A stretch of DNA of 64,000 bases from an uncultured Acidobacteriota bacterium (GCA_963844245.1 CAWJNJ010000005.1:331889-395888), one strand, 5' to 3'; positions 45,069 to 54,706 are shown, counted from the first letter of the stretch. Notes: generated by a model not told the origin, from the sequence alone. Made by a program: numbers and translations.

Positions 45069-45131
45069 ATGGCAAAGAAGACTGCAAAGAAGAAGGCTGG
45101 CGGGGCGAAGAAGGGCGGCAAGAAGCGCTAG
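45069..45131 (+). CDS. micro-ORF 2: 20-aa polybasic peptide MAKKTAKKKAGGAKKGGKKR
   Basis: Purine-rich GAAGGGGGGG ends 8 nt before ATG 45069. TAG at 45129-45131. Terminator 20 nt downstream. Confidence 0.6.
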   Translation: MAKKTAKKKAGGAKKGGKKR

Positions 45132-45150
45132 TTCGCCTTCCCGTTAGAAA

Positions 45151-45180
45151 GGGGGCGGCAGGCGCCCCCTTTGTTTTTGT
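45151..45180 (+). terminator. intrinsic terminator of micro-ORF 2
   Basis: GGGGGCG-GCAGG-CGCCCCC followed by TTTGTTTTTGT. Confidence 0.8.
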
Positions 45181-45186
45181 ACCTGT

Positions 45187-45285
45187 CAACTCCAAACTCC
45201 CAACTCCCAACTCCAAAACTCACGCCAACTGCGTCGCAGAGCGTTGCGTCGTGGTTGAAGTAGGAGTTTGGAGTTTGATTGAGTT
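45187..45285. repeat. imperfect palindrome built from AACTCC/GGAGTT words
   Basis: Left arm CAACTCCAAACTCCCAACTCCCAACTCCAAAACTCAC, right arm GTTGAAGTAGGAGTTTGGAGTTTGATTGAGTT. Perfect 12-bp pairing between 45189-45200 and 45263-45274. Confidence 0.7.
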
Positions 45286-45290
45286 AATCC

Positions 45291-47405
45291 CTATTGCCAG
45301 GCGCGCCCATCCCACACGCGCACCCGCTGAATGACATCCCCCTTCTGGATCTTGTCGACGACGTCCATGCCGTTGACGACGTGGCCGAAGGCCGTGTAGT
45401 CGGCATCGAGGTGCGGCGCCGGCGAGTGCATGATGAAGAACTGGCTGCCGCCGGTGTCCTTCCACGAGAGGGCCATGCCTACGGTCCCGCGCAGGAACGG
45501 ACGTTCGTTGAGCTCGTCACGGATCGAGTAACCCGGGCCACCTTCGCCATCGCCGCGCGAGTCGCCGGCCTGGATGACGAAGTTGGGGTCCACCCGATGG
45601 ATCGCAAGGCCGTTGAAGAATCCCTTGCGCGCGAGTGTCATGAAGTTGTGGGCCGTCTGCGGTGCATCGAGCATGGCGAGTTCGAACTCGATCGTGCCCT
45701 TAGCTGTTTCGATGAACACGTGCGGCGAGTAGTCAGGAGCAATGATCGCGGGACTGTTGTACGGGGCCAGCGCGACCGATGGCACCGGGCGGATCGCGCT
45801 GCGGTAATCACCTGATGGGTCCAAAGGCGCGAGCAGTTCGGCGGCGCGGACGCGTACTGCCCATTCCTTGTCGGCCAGGCCCAGCTTCAGTGTCTCGGTA
45901 GCCTCGGCCGCACCGAACTGGACGAGAGCCTCCATCGCCGCCGTCCGTGCGAGGTAGGCGAGATCCGGCTGCGCAATCTTCCATGCCTCGCGCAGGGCCG
46001 CCGCCCCACCTTCGGGCTTTGCCTCGCCGATGAGCGTAGAGACAGCGGCGCGGACGGCGAAGTCGGGCTCCTTCACGTGAGACAGCAGCAGCGATGGCGC
46101 GTCCGGCGCCTTGAGCCTGACCAGGGCGCGCAGCGCGGCCGGCCACACCCGCTTGTCTTCATCCTGGAGCATCGCGCGGACCCGGTCGATCGCGGCATCC
46201 GGCGGCATCGTCGCGAAAATACCGGCAAAGGCCGCGCGCACCGTCCAGTCACGATCGGGTTCGAGGCTCGCCAGTACGAGTAGAAACGTTTCAGGGTCGA
46301 TGAGGGCCGCCGCGCGTGCCGCCGCGATCCGCATCACCGGCCAGTTGTCGGTCATCAGATCCTGGATCACCGCCAGGCCTGCCGCGGCACGCATGGTGCC
46401 GAGGGCCGCCACAGCCTCGAGCTTGACGTTCGGGTCGATTGCCTTCTCGGAGATCAGCGCGACGAGCGGCTCGACCGCCGCCTCGGCGTTCAACCGCGCC
46501 ACGGCACGAATCGCCGACACCACGACCTCGTGAGGCCTGGTGCGCTCGAGAAGTGGAACCAGTGCCGGGGCGACAGATGGATCCTTCGAAGCACCCAGTC
46601 CACGCGCGGCAAAACTCACCGTGTACTTACCCGGGCCCTTCGCCAGAGCGGTGAGGGCCGGCACCGCCCGCGGATCGTTGACGCGCTGCAGCGCGTAGGC
46701 GACGGGCCACCAGTTCGACACCGGCCGGCCGTTCTCGACAACCGCTCCGGCGAGCGGCTCGAAGGCACCGAGCCTCACCAGCGCAAACAGGGCGAGCTTG
46801 AACGCCTCGGGCTCGGCTGCAGCCGGCCACTTCTCATCGTCGGGGGCCATCGCGGTGACGAGTGGATGCTTCGACAGTTCACGCGCGAGCGTCCCGATTG
46901 CGGGAGCCGCCTCCTTCGCACCAATCTGCCCGAGCGCCTCGGCCGCCCGGCCGCGGACGAGAGGATCGACATCGACGAGCGCCTGGGTCAACGGTGCGGC
47001 CGCAGAAGCGTGGCCGATCAGCCCGAGCGCGAAGGCCGCCATCTGTCGCACCTGCGCGTCCGGATCGGAGAGGAGGCCGGCAAGTGGCGCCACACCCTCA
47101 GGCAGACCCACCCGGCCGATCGCGAGCGCGGCGCGACGCCGGATCCGGCCTTCGGAGTCGGCGAGAAACGCCGTGAGGTCGGGCACCTTCGGGGGAGCGG
47201 GCTCGAGCTGGGGCTTGCGTCCCTTGGTGACCGGCGGCGCCACCACGGGGGGTGGCGTGTCCTTGAGAATGCGCTGATCCTCCAGCCTGAGGATGTCGGC
47301 CATCTTCACTTCGAAAGGCACGACCACCGGGGCCGGCGGCGGCGCCGTCGCACAGGCGGTCAGGAGCGGAAGAACCACGAAGGTGAGGAGTACAGCCTTT
47401 TTCAT
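45291..47405 (-). CDS. lipoprotein fusing HEAT/ARM-like repeats to a C-terminal cyclophilin-type peptidyl-prolyl isomerase
   Basis: Start taken at MKKAVLLTFVVLPLLTAC (lipobox). About 500 aa of Ala/Leu-rich HEAT-like repeats (DPxVRxxAAxALGxIG). C-terminus FHRV-type cyclophilin: GFFNGLAIHRVDPNFVIQAGD...GTVGMA...GSQFFI. Confidence 0.8.
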   Translation of the reverse strand: MKKAVLLTFVVLPLLTACATAPPPAPVVVPFEVKMADILRLEDQRILKDTPPPVVAPPVTKGRKPQLEPAPPKVPDLTAFLADSEGRIRRRAALAIGRVGLPEGVAPLAGLLSDPDAQVRQMAAFALGLIGHASAAAPLTQALVDVDPLVRGRAAEALGQIGAKEAAPAIGTLARELSKHPLVTAMAPDDEKWPAAAEPEAFKLALFALVRLGAFEPLAGAVVENGRPVSNWWPVAYALQRVNDPRAVPALTALAKGPGKYTVSFAARGLGASKDPSVAPALVPLLERTRPHEVVVSAIRAVARLNAEAAVEPLVALISEKAIDPNVKLEAVAALGTMRAAAGLAVIQDLMTDNWPVMRIAAARAAALIDPETFLLVLASLEPDRDWTVRAAFAGIFATMPPDAAIDRVRAMLQDEDKRVWPAALRALVRLKAPDAPSLLLSHVKEPDFAVRAAVSTLIGEAKPEGGAAALREAWKIAQPDLAYLARTAAMEALVQFGAAEATETLKLGLADKEWAVRVRAAELLAPLDPSGDYRSAIRPVPSVALAPYNSPAIIAPDYSPHVFIETAKGTIEFELAMLDAPQTAHNFMTLARKGFFNGLAIHRVDPNFVIQAGDSRGDGEGGPGYSIRDELNERPFLRGTVGMALSWKDTGGSQFFIMHSPAPHLDADYTAFGHVVNGMDVVDKIQKGDVIQRVRVWDGRAWQ

Positions 47406-47409
47406 AGGG

Positions 47410-48537
47410 TCAAGCAGATGCGCGCAGCTCGACGCGCTGTTCAGTAACGGCGGCGATCCGATCGTCGACAAGATGGACGCCGATGCCGGGTCCGGTTGGC
47501 ACCGCGATCGTGCCGTCGGGCCGGACATTGATCTCAGGGTCGATGAGGTCGGGTGCAAAGTAGCGGCGGCTCGCCGCTACGTCACCGGGGAGCGTGAAGC
47601 CCGGCAGCGTCGACAGATGAATGTTGTGTGCGCGGCCGATGCCACTCTCGAGCATGCCGCCATGCCAGACCGGAATGTCATGCTCGACCGCGATGTCGTG
47701 CATCGCAATCGACTGGCTGTGACCACCGACGCGCCCTGGCTTGATGTTGATGATGCGGCACGCACCGGCGCGGATCGCTTCAGCCGCGATTTTCGGCGTG
47801 TGCAACGACTCATCCAGACAGACAGGGGTTCGCACCCTGTTCTGCAGGATCGCGTGATCCAGCACGTCGTCATAGTCGAGCGGCTGCTCGATCATCATCA
47901 ATGCGAATTCATCCAGCCGGGCGAGATGCGCCGCGTCGTCGAGGTGATAGGCGGCGTTGGCATCGACCATCAGCGGCACCGGCCCGAACCTGGTGCGGAC
48001 GGCTTGTGCGGCCGCAACGTCCCACCCGGGTTTGATCTTGATCTTGATGCGCCGGTAGCCGGCCGCGAGCTCCACCTCGACCCGTTCAAGCAGCTGGTCG
48101 AGCGAGTCCTGGATACCGATCGACACGCCGGACGCGATGCCACTGCCGATGATCGCGTCGGATCCGCCCAGCAGCCGGCACAACGGGACGCCCTGCTGCC
48201 GTGCGAACAGATCCCACGCCGCCATCTCGACGGCGGCCTTCGCCATGTTGTGGCCGCGGATCGCGGCCAGCGCCGGGAAGATCTCCCGTGGGTGCGCGAA
48301 CTCCCGCCCAAGCACGGCTGGCGCGATGAACTGCTCGATGATGTGCCACGCGGTGCTCGTGGTTTCGGAGCCGTAGTATGGGTTGGCCTCGGCGACGCAT
48401 TCACCCACGCCGGTCAGGCCGTCACCTTCGACAAACACCAGGATGAATGGGCGTTCGTGGATACGGCCGAAGCTCGTCTCGAAGAATCGGACCAGCGGAA
48501 GGCGCAGGAGACGCAGCTCGATCCGCTCGATTCGCAC
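47410..48537 (-). CDS. enolase-superfamily enzyme (o-succinylbenzoate synthase / N-acylamino-acid racemase-like)
   Basis: 375 aa. KIKIKPGWD, MVDANAAY, IEQPL and CLDES fit the MR/MLE-subgroup metal ligands and Lys residues. No other men genes are adjacent. Confidence 0.7.
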   Translation of the reverse strand: MRIERIELRLLRLPLVRFFETSFGRIHERPFILVFVEGDGLTGVGECVAEANPYYGSETTSTAWHIIEQFIAPAVLGREFAHPREIFPALAAIRGHNMAKAAVEMAAWDLFARQQGVPLCRLLGGSDAIIGSGIASGVSIGIQDSLDQLLERVEVELAAGYRRIKIKIKPGWDVAAAQAVRTRFGPVPLMVDANAAYHLDDAAHLARLDEFALMMIEQPLDYDDVLDHAILQNRVRTPVCLDESLHTPKIAAEAIRAGACRIINIKPGRVGGHSQSIAMHDIAVEHDIPVWHGGMLESGIGRAHNIHLSTLPGFTLPGDVAASRRYFAPDLIDPEINVRPDGTIAVPTGPGIGVHLVDDRIAAVTEQRVELRASA

Positions 48538-48563
48538 CTGACAATGCTATAACAAGGTCCACA

Positions 48564-49199
48564 TTGGACTTCCGATACATCGCCATTGAAGGGCCGGTCG
48601 GGCTGGGTAAATCCACGCTCGCGGATCGCCTCGGCGCGCGCTTCGACGCCACCGTCGTCCTCGACGAAACCGATAATCCGTTTCTCGCCGACCTTTACGC
48701 CGAACGCCCCGGCGCCGGGTTTCAGGCGCAACTGTTCTACACGCTCTCGCGTCACCGTCAGCAGACCCAGCTTCGCCAAAGCGATCTCTTCAGCCAGCTC
48801 ACGGTCTGTGATTACCTCTTCGACCGCGACAAGATCTACGCCTATTTGAACCTGGATGACAACGAACTGTTCATCTACCAGCGCCTCTACGAACTGCTGT
48901 CTGAAGACATCCCGGTGCCGGACCTCGTTGTTTACCTGCAGACTCCGACCGATATCCTGCGCAAGCGGCTGCGGGAGCGCGACAAGGCCAACCCGGACCT
49001 GCCGCGGCTGGACGATGAATACCTCCGCGAACTGAACGAGGCGTACAACCACTTCTTCTTCCATTACACCGCGACGCCGCTGCTGGTGGTCGAGACGTCG
49101 CAGTTCGATGCGTCCTGGGGGGACGAGGCCGTCGCCGACCTGGAGCGGCAGATACGATCGATGGGCAAGGGCACGCGGTATTACGTCCCGCGCGCCTGA
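48564..49199 (+). CDS. deoxynucleoside kinase family protein
   Basis: P-loop IAIEGPVGLGKSTLA, FQAQLFYTLSRH, DYLFDRD, LRKRLRER. Start placed at TTG 48564 because the upstream part of ORF 48447.. overlaps the divergent gene. Start is uncertain. Confidence 0.7.
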   Translation: MDFRYIAIEGPVGLGKSTLADRLGARFDATVVLDETDNPFLADLYAERPGAGFQAQLFYTLSRHRQQTQLRQSDLFSQLTVCDYLFDRDKIYAYLNLDDNELFIYQRLYELLSEDIPVPDLVVYLQTPTDILRKRLRERDKANPDLPRLDDEYLRELNEAYNHFFFHYTATPLLVVETSQFDASWGDEAVADLERQIRSMGKGTRYYVPRA

Positions 49200-49215
49200 G
49201 GTATCCTCGTTCCTT

Positions 49216-50130
49216 ATGGCCTGGTTCAAAAAGGACAAGAAGCCCATTCAGCCGCCGGCCGACAAGAGCCGGGTTCCGGAGGGGCTGTGGGTGAAGTGCC
49301 CGTCCTGCGCGGAGATCATCTATAACAAGGATCTGGTTGCCAGCCTCAATGTCTGCCCGAAGTGTTCGCATCACTTCCGGCTGACGGCCAGTGAGCGACT
49401 GAAGGTGCTGTTCGACGGCGACTGGCAGGAGTTCGACCACGGCCTGACCTCTATCGATCCGCTCCACTTCACGGACACCAAGGCCTACCGGAAGAGGCTC
49501 GAAGCGAGCATCAGCGCGACCGGGCTGCAGGATGCGGTGATCACGGCGACCGGCACCGTGGACGGGCTCCGCTGCTCGATCGCCGCCATGGAGTACGGAT
49601 TCATCGGCGGCAGCATGGGGGTCGTGGTCGGCGAGAAGATCACGCGAGCGATCGAGCGTGCGATCGTCGAACGGATCCCGGTGATCATCGTCTCGTGCTC
49701 GGGCGGGGCTCGCATGATGGAGGGCGCCCTCTCGCTCATGCAGATGGCCAAGATCAGCGCGGCATTGGCGCGGCTCGACCGGGCGCGGCTGCCCTATGTA
49801 TCCGTGCTGACGGATCCAACCACCGGCGGCGTCACCGCCAGCTTCGCCATGCTGGGGGACGTGAATATCGCGGAGCCAAAGGCGCTGATCGGCTTTGCCG
49901 GTCCTCGCGTCATCGAACAGACGATCCGGCAGAAGCTGCCCGAGGGTTTCCAGCGCAGCGAGTTCCTCGTCGAGCACGGCATGCTGGACATGGTCGTGGA
50001 TCGGCGCGAGATGAAGGACGTGATCGCGCGGTTCCTGCGTTTCGGGGGCGCCACCGCAACGCCGCCGCCCGTATCTCTACCGACGCCGCGGCCGGCTGCG
50101 GGAACCCCGGGAGAAGAGCCGGCACGTTGA
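49216..50130 (+). CDS. accD: acetyl-CoA carboxylase carboxyltransferase beta subunit
   Basis: MAWFKK..., zinc ribbon CPSCAEIIY...CPKCSHH, GFIGGSMG. Confidence 0.9.
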   Translation: MAWFKKDKKPIQPPADKSRVPEGLWVKCPSCAEIIYNKDLVASLNVCPKCSHHFRLTASERLKVLFDGDWQEFDHGLTSIDPLHFTDTKAYRKRLEASISATGLQDAVITATGTVDGLRCSIAAMEYGFIGGSMGVVVGEKITRAIERAIVERIPVIIVSCSGGARMMEGALSLMQMAKISAALARLDRARLPYVSVLTDPTTGGVTASFAMLGDVNIAEPKALIGFAGPRVIEQTIRQKLPEGFQRSEFLVEHGMLDMVVDRREMKDVIARFLRFGGATATPPPVSLPTPRPAAGTPGEEPAR

Positions 50131-51353
50131 GCGACGACCCGCTTCGGTGGTTGTTCAGCCTCGAAGTGCTCGGGATGAAGTTTGGTCTCGAGAACATCAC
50201 GGTCCTGCTCGAGACGCTCGGCAACCCTCACCAGCACTTCGCGGCCCTGCACGTCGCCGGCACCAACGGCAAGGGCTCGGTCACCGCAATGGCCGAGACC
50301 GCGCTGCGCCGCGCCGGCTACCGTGCGGCGCGCTACACCTCGCCCCATCTCGAGCGCATCGAGGAACGGTTCGTCATCGACGGCGCCGAGGTGGCGACGG
50401 CCGATCTCACGGCCGCCCTTTCTGTCGTGCGGTCGGCGGTGGAGGCTCTCATCAACAAAGGCGTTCTCAGCGGACCGCCGACTTTCTTCGAGTGCACGAC
50501 CGCCGCGGCTTTCGAGCTGTTCCGACGGGCGGGTGTTGAGATCGCAGTGCTCGAAGTGGGCCTTGGCGGACGTCTCGACGCCACCAACGTGGTGCAACCT
50601 GTCGCCGCCGCGATCACGACGATCGACTTCGATCACCAGGCCCAGCTCGGTTCGACGATCGAGGCGATCGCCTTCGAGAAGGCCGGCGTCATCAAGCGCG
50701 GCGTGCCGATTGTCATCGGTTGCCTGCCTCCGGCAGCCGAGCGTGTCATCGAAGACAGGGCCGCCAGCATCGGTGCGCCCGTGATCAGGGCGTGCGGTCC
50801 TTCGACGCCGCCACTGCTGGCACGGCCCCGGCTCCCTGGCGCGCACCAGGAAGAGAATGCCCGGGTCGTCACCTCGCTCCTGCGCACGCTCAACGGACGT
50901 GGCTTCGCCGTCTCGGACGAAGCGATCGCGCACGGGATCGAGCACGTCGAGTGGCCCGGACGACTCGAGCTGCTTCGTTGCGGCGGCACCGAGGTTCTGC
51001 TCGATGCGGCTCACAACCCCGCCGGCGCCCGCTCGCTCGCAGCCTATCTGGACGACGCCGGCTGGATCGATCCGACGCTCATCTTCGCCGCCATGGCCGA
51101 CAAAGACATCGCCGGCATCCTCGCTCCCCTGCTGCCCCGTGTGCACCGAATCATCTGCACGACCGCACCTACGCCTCGAGCTGCACGGTCAGACGATCTT
51201 GCGCGGGTCGTGCGCGAACTCGCGCCCGGGCGGGACGTCACGAGCATCGAGACACCAGCCGACGCACTCGCCCATGCATGTGCCACTTCGTCGCGTGTTG
51301 TCGCGGCCGGCTCGATGTTTTTGATCGGCCCCCTGCGTGGTATTCTTCGCTGA
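50127..51353 (+). CDS. folC: bifunctional folylpolyglutamate synthase/dihydrofolate synthase
   Basis: TTG at 50127 overlaps the accD stop (alternative Met at 50175). HVAGTNGKGS P-loop, SPHL, LEVGLGGRLDATN. Confidence 0.85.
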   Translation: MSDDPLRWLFSLEVLGMKFGLENITVLLETLGNPHQHFAALHVAGTNGKGSVTAMAETALRRAGYRAARYTSPHLERIEERFVIDGAEVATADLTAALSVVRSAVEALINKGVLSGPPTFFECTTAAAFELFRRAGVEIAVLEVGLGGRLDATNVVQPVAAAITTIDFDHQAQLGSTIEAIAFEKAGVIKRGVPIVIGCLPPAAERVIEDRAASIGAPVIRACGPSTPPLLARPRLPGAHQEENARVVTSLLRTLNGRGFAVSDEAIAHGIEHVEWPGRLELLRCGGTEVLLDAAHNPAGARSLAAYLDDAGWIDPTLIFAAMADKDIAGILAPLLPRVHRIICTTAPTPRAARSDDLARVVRELAPGRDVTSIETPADALAHACATSSRVVAAGSMFLIGPLRGILR

Positions 51354-51376
51354 TCCCTGCCGCGGCTCATCCACGC

Positions 51377-53666
51377 ATGTTTCGGCTCAGTCTCAGCTTT
51401 CTTCTGTGCGTTCTCTGCCACTGGGCACTGGTCCCTGCGTCGGCGCACGCCCAGATCACCATCTCCGGTTGCAAGTCGGACGCGTTACAGAGCCAGATCT
51501 CCATTCAGGACGGCAACCACTGGACGTTCACCGGCACCGCGGCACGGCCGATCCAGATCGACTGCGACGACATGCAACTCTTCGCCAACAGCGTCGAGCT
51601 GTTTCAGGCCGAGGGCCGTCTCATCGCCACGGGAGATGTCGCGTTCATCTCCGGCGAAAGCCGCATCTCATCCGAGCGGCTCGACTACGACACCAAGGCG
51701 AAGACGGGCATCTTCTACAACTTCTCCGGAACCACCGTGCTTCGCGAAAAGGCACAACCGGGCCCTTACGGAACGCAGGAGCCCAACGCGTTTTTCTGGG
51801 GTGAAGAGCTGCACCGCGAAGGTCCGAAAAAGTACCGCATCGTCCGCGGCGGGTTCACCGCGTGCGTGCAGCCGACCCCGCGCTGGGACGTCGGGTCCGG
51901 TTCGATCACGCTCAATCTCGATGACTACGCCCTGCTTCGCAACGCGATCTTCCGCGTCAAGGGTGTTCCGGTGATGTACCTGCCGATCTTCTACTATCCG
52001 CTCGAGGAAGACGACAGGTCGACCGGCTTTCTGATGCCGATCTACGGCTCGTCCACGCTGCGCGGACAGTCGATTTCGGCGCCGTTCTTCTGGGCGATCG
52101 GCCGCAGCCATGACGCGACAATCACCTACGACTGGTTCTCGAAAGCTGGGCAGGCCGTCACGGGTGAGTATCGCTACATGCTCGCGCCGGGCTCGTCGGG
52201 GCGGGCACTCTTCAACACGCTGAACGAGTCGGAGGTCACCGACCCGGCCCAGGGGATCCGTCCGTCACAGCGAAGCTACACGGTCAACGGATCGCTGGTG
52301 CAGGCGCTCCCCATGGGCCTGCGTGCCCAGGCCAATGCGAACTACTTCTCGAGCCTGGCGACACAGCAGCGCTACCAGCAGGACGTCTACCAGGCGACGA
52401 CGCGGCAGCGAAACTTCGACACAACGTTGACCGGCTCGTGGGGCGCCTACATGATGAGCGCTCGCGCCGAGCAGCGAGACTACTTCGACAACAACGAAAC
52501 GCTGACGCGCACGGGCAGCCTCCCCCGCATCAACCTCTCACATGCCGAGCGTCCGATCGCCGGGTCGTTGGTCTACTTCGGGGCCAACGGCGAGTACGCG
52601 AATATCCTCCGCAGCACCCGGCGCGACGATCTGGAACTGTCCAACCAGGGGTTGACGCGGATGGACGTCGCACCTAGCCTCCGAGTTGGATCTGCGACCC
52701 TGGCCGTTTCTGAGCATGAACTCGTCGGTTGCATGGCGCGGGACGTATTGGACGTGAAAGCCTCGACTCCGCCGGCAAGCAGATCGAGGAATCGATCGGC
52801 CGCCAGTACTTCGACCTGTCAGACGCGGATCAGGGGCCCTCCTTCAACCGGATCTTCAATACGCCGGGCAATGGCTATGCGGAGAAATGGAAGCACCTGA
52901 TCGAGCCGACGCTGTCGATCCAGCGGACCACGGCGATCGACGAATTACCCAACATCGTCCGGCTCGAGTCCGGCGACTACACCGTTGGCAACGTGACGCG
53001 TATCACCTACGGCGTGCGCGAACGTGCTTGCCGCGAAAAAGGAGTCGTCGCGCGAAATCGTCAGTCGTGAACATCAACCAGACCTATTACAGTGATGAGA
53101 ACGCCGCCCAATACGACAGGAACTACCAGTCCAGCTACAGCGATCTGGCGGCGCCGACGAAATTTTCAGCCGTCGCCTTCAACACCAGGGTGACCCCGAC
53201 CGACCGGTTCCAGGGGGAGTTCCGGACCGAGTGGGACCCGACCGTCCATACGCTGAAGACGATGTCGGGGAGTGGCCACGTGCAAGCCAGTGAATGGCTG
53301 CAGCTGTCGGGATCCTGGAGCCGGCGCCGGTTCATTCCGGAACTGCCGGACTACGATGATCCGACGCAGGCGACGCATACCGTAGCGGCCGGCGCTACAG
53401 TCCGGAACCGGACCAACCGGCTGGGCGGCAGTTACTCGTTCGACTACGACTTCCAGCGTGACTATTTCCTGCAGCAACGAGTCATGGCGTACTACAACGC
53501 CCAGTGCTGCGGGGTGGTGGTGGAGTTCCAGACGTTCAATTTTCAGGGCGTTCAGGGGATCCCGGTGCCACAGGACAAGCGGTTCAACATCTCTTTCAGC
53601 CTCGCCGGCATCGGAACGTTCTCGAACTTCCTCGGGGCCCTGGGTGGCGCCGAGCAGCGCCGCTGA
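51377..53666 (+). CDS. lptD: LPS-assembly outer-membrane protein LptD/OstA-like, frame broken about 4 times (52682, 52754, 53023, 53066)
   Basis: Signal peptide MFRLSLSFLLCVLCHWALVPASAHA. OstA N-domain (LFANSVELFQAEGRLIATGDV). STGFLMPIYGSS. The C-terminal beta-barrel continues through ORFs 52729..53070 and 52887..53666 (NINQTYYSD..., FNISFSLAGIGTF). Confidence 0.8.
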
Positions 53667-53689
53667 CGATCACTCTCGAGGTAATTGCG

Positions 53690-54706
53690 ATGGTTTCAGT
53701 TCTCGTCACGGGCGGCGCCGGCTTCATCGGCTCCAACTTCGTCCGGTTCGCGCTCGAGGCGCACCCTGACTGGCACGTCACCACACTCGACAAGCTGACC
53801 TACGCCGGCCGGCTCGAGACGCTGCAGGACGTCATCGACAATCCGCGGCACACCTTCGTGCGCGGCGACGTTGCTGACGCGAGCGTCGCGGCGCCGTTGG
53901 TCCGGGACGCCGACGTCGTCGTCCACTTCGCGGCCGAGACGCACGTCGACCGGTCGATTCTGAATGCCGGCGAATTCATCACGACCGACGTTTTCGGGAC
54001 GTTCGTCCTGCTCGAAGCCGCCCGCGAGGCCACGCACCTCAAACGATTCATCCAGATCTCAACCGACGAGGTCTACGGAAGTGTGGCTGAGGGGTCCAGC
54101 ACCGAGACCGACGAACTGAAACCGCGCAACCCGTACTCGGCCAGTAAGGCCGGCGCGGACCGGCTGGCCTACAGCTACTTCGCCACCTACGACGTGCCGG
54201 TCATCATCACGAGGGCGTCGAACAACTACGGCCCCTACCAGTTCCCCGAAAAGGTGATTCCGCTGTTTGTGACCAACCTGTTCGATGATCTGCAGGTGCC
54301 GCTCTACGGTGACGGCGGCCAGATTCGTGACTGGCTGCACGTTGACGATCATTGCCGCGGCGTCGACCTGCTGATCGAATCGGGCACCAACGGTGAGGTC
54401 TACAACATCGGTGGCGGGAACCACGTGCGGAACGTCGACCTGACCCATCGGATCCTCGAGCTCACGGGCAAGACGGACGCGCTGATCCGTCACGTTGCGG
54501 ATCGCCAGGGGCACGACCGGCGCTACTCGCTCGACACCACGAAGCTGCAGCGTCTCGGCTGGGCGCCGCGGGCGCGGTTCGAAGAGGGCCTCGCCGAAAC
54601 GGTGGAGTGGTACCGCAAGAACGACTGGTGGTGGCGCCCGATCAAGGACGCCGATCCGGCCTTCCGCGCCTACTACGAGAAGCAGTACGGTAAAACACGG
54701 GTGTGA
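53690..54706 (+). CDS. rfbB: dTDP-glucose 4,6-dehydratase
   Basis: VLVTGGAGFIGSNF, STDEVYG, YSASKA, DGGQIRDWLHVDDH. Confidence 0.9.
   Translation: MVSVLVTGGAGFIGSNFVRFALEAHPDWHVTTLDKLTYAGRLETLQDVIDNPRHTFVRGDVADASVAAPLVRDADVVVHFAAETHVDRSILNAGEFITTDVFGTFVLLEAAREATHLKRFIQISTDEVYGSVAEGSSTETDELKPRNPYSASKAGADRLAYSYFATYDVPVIITRASNNYGPYQFPEKVIPLFVTNLFDDLQVPLYGDGGQIRDWLHVDDHCRGVDLLIESGTNGEVYNIGGGNHVRNVDLTHRILELTGKTDALIRHVADRQGHDRRYSLDTTKLQRLGWAPRARFEEGLAETVEWYRKNDWWWRPIKDADPAFRAYYEKQYGKTRV

Noticed and set aside
44758-45131. Lys-rich micro-ORFs as transcription-attenuation leader peptides (lysine sensing).
   Set aside because: No co-directional structural gene follows either terminator; the next gene is convergent. 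I could not find an antiterminator alternative to the terminator hairpins, and the peptide sequence itself appears to be conserved.
49695-50126. N-terminal 144-aa extension of the folC ORF, and similar extensions of ORFs 3960.., 16650.., 15636.., 53504.. and 50720...
   Set aside because: These extensions overlap the preceding gene out of frame and lack homology. Internal starts that abut or overlap the upstream stop codon give proteins of canonical length.
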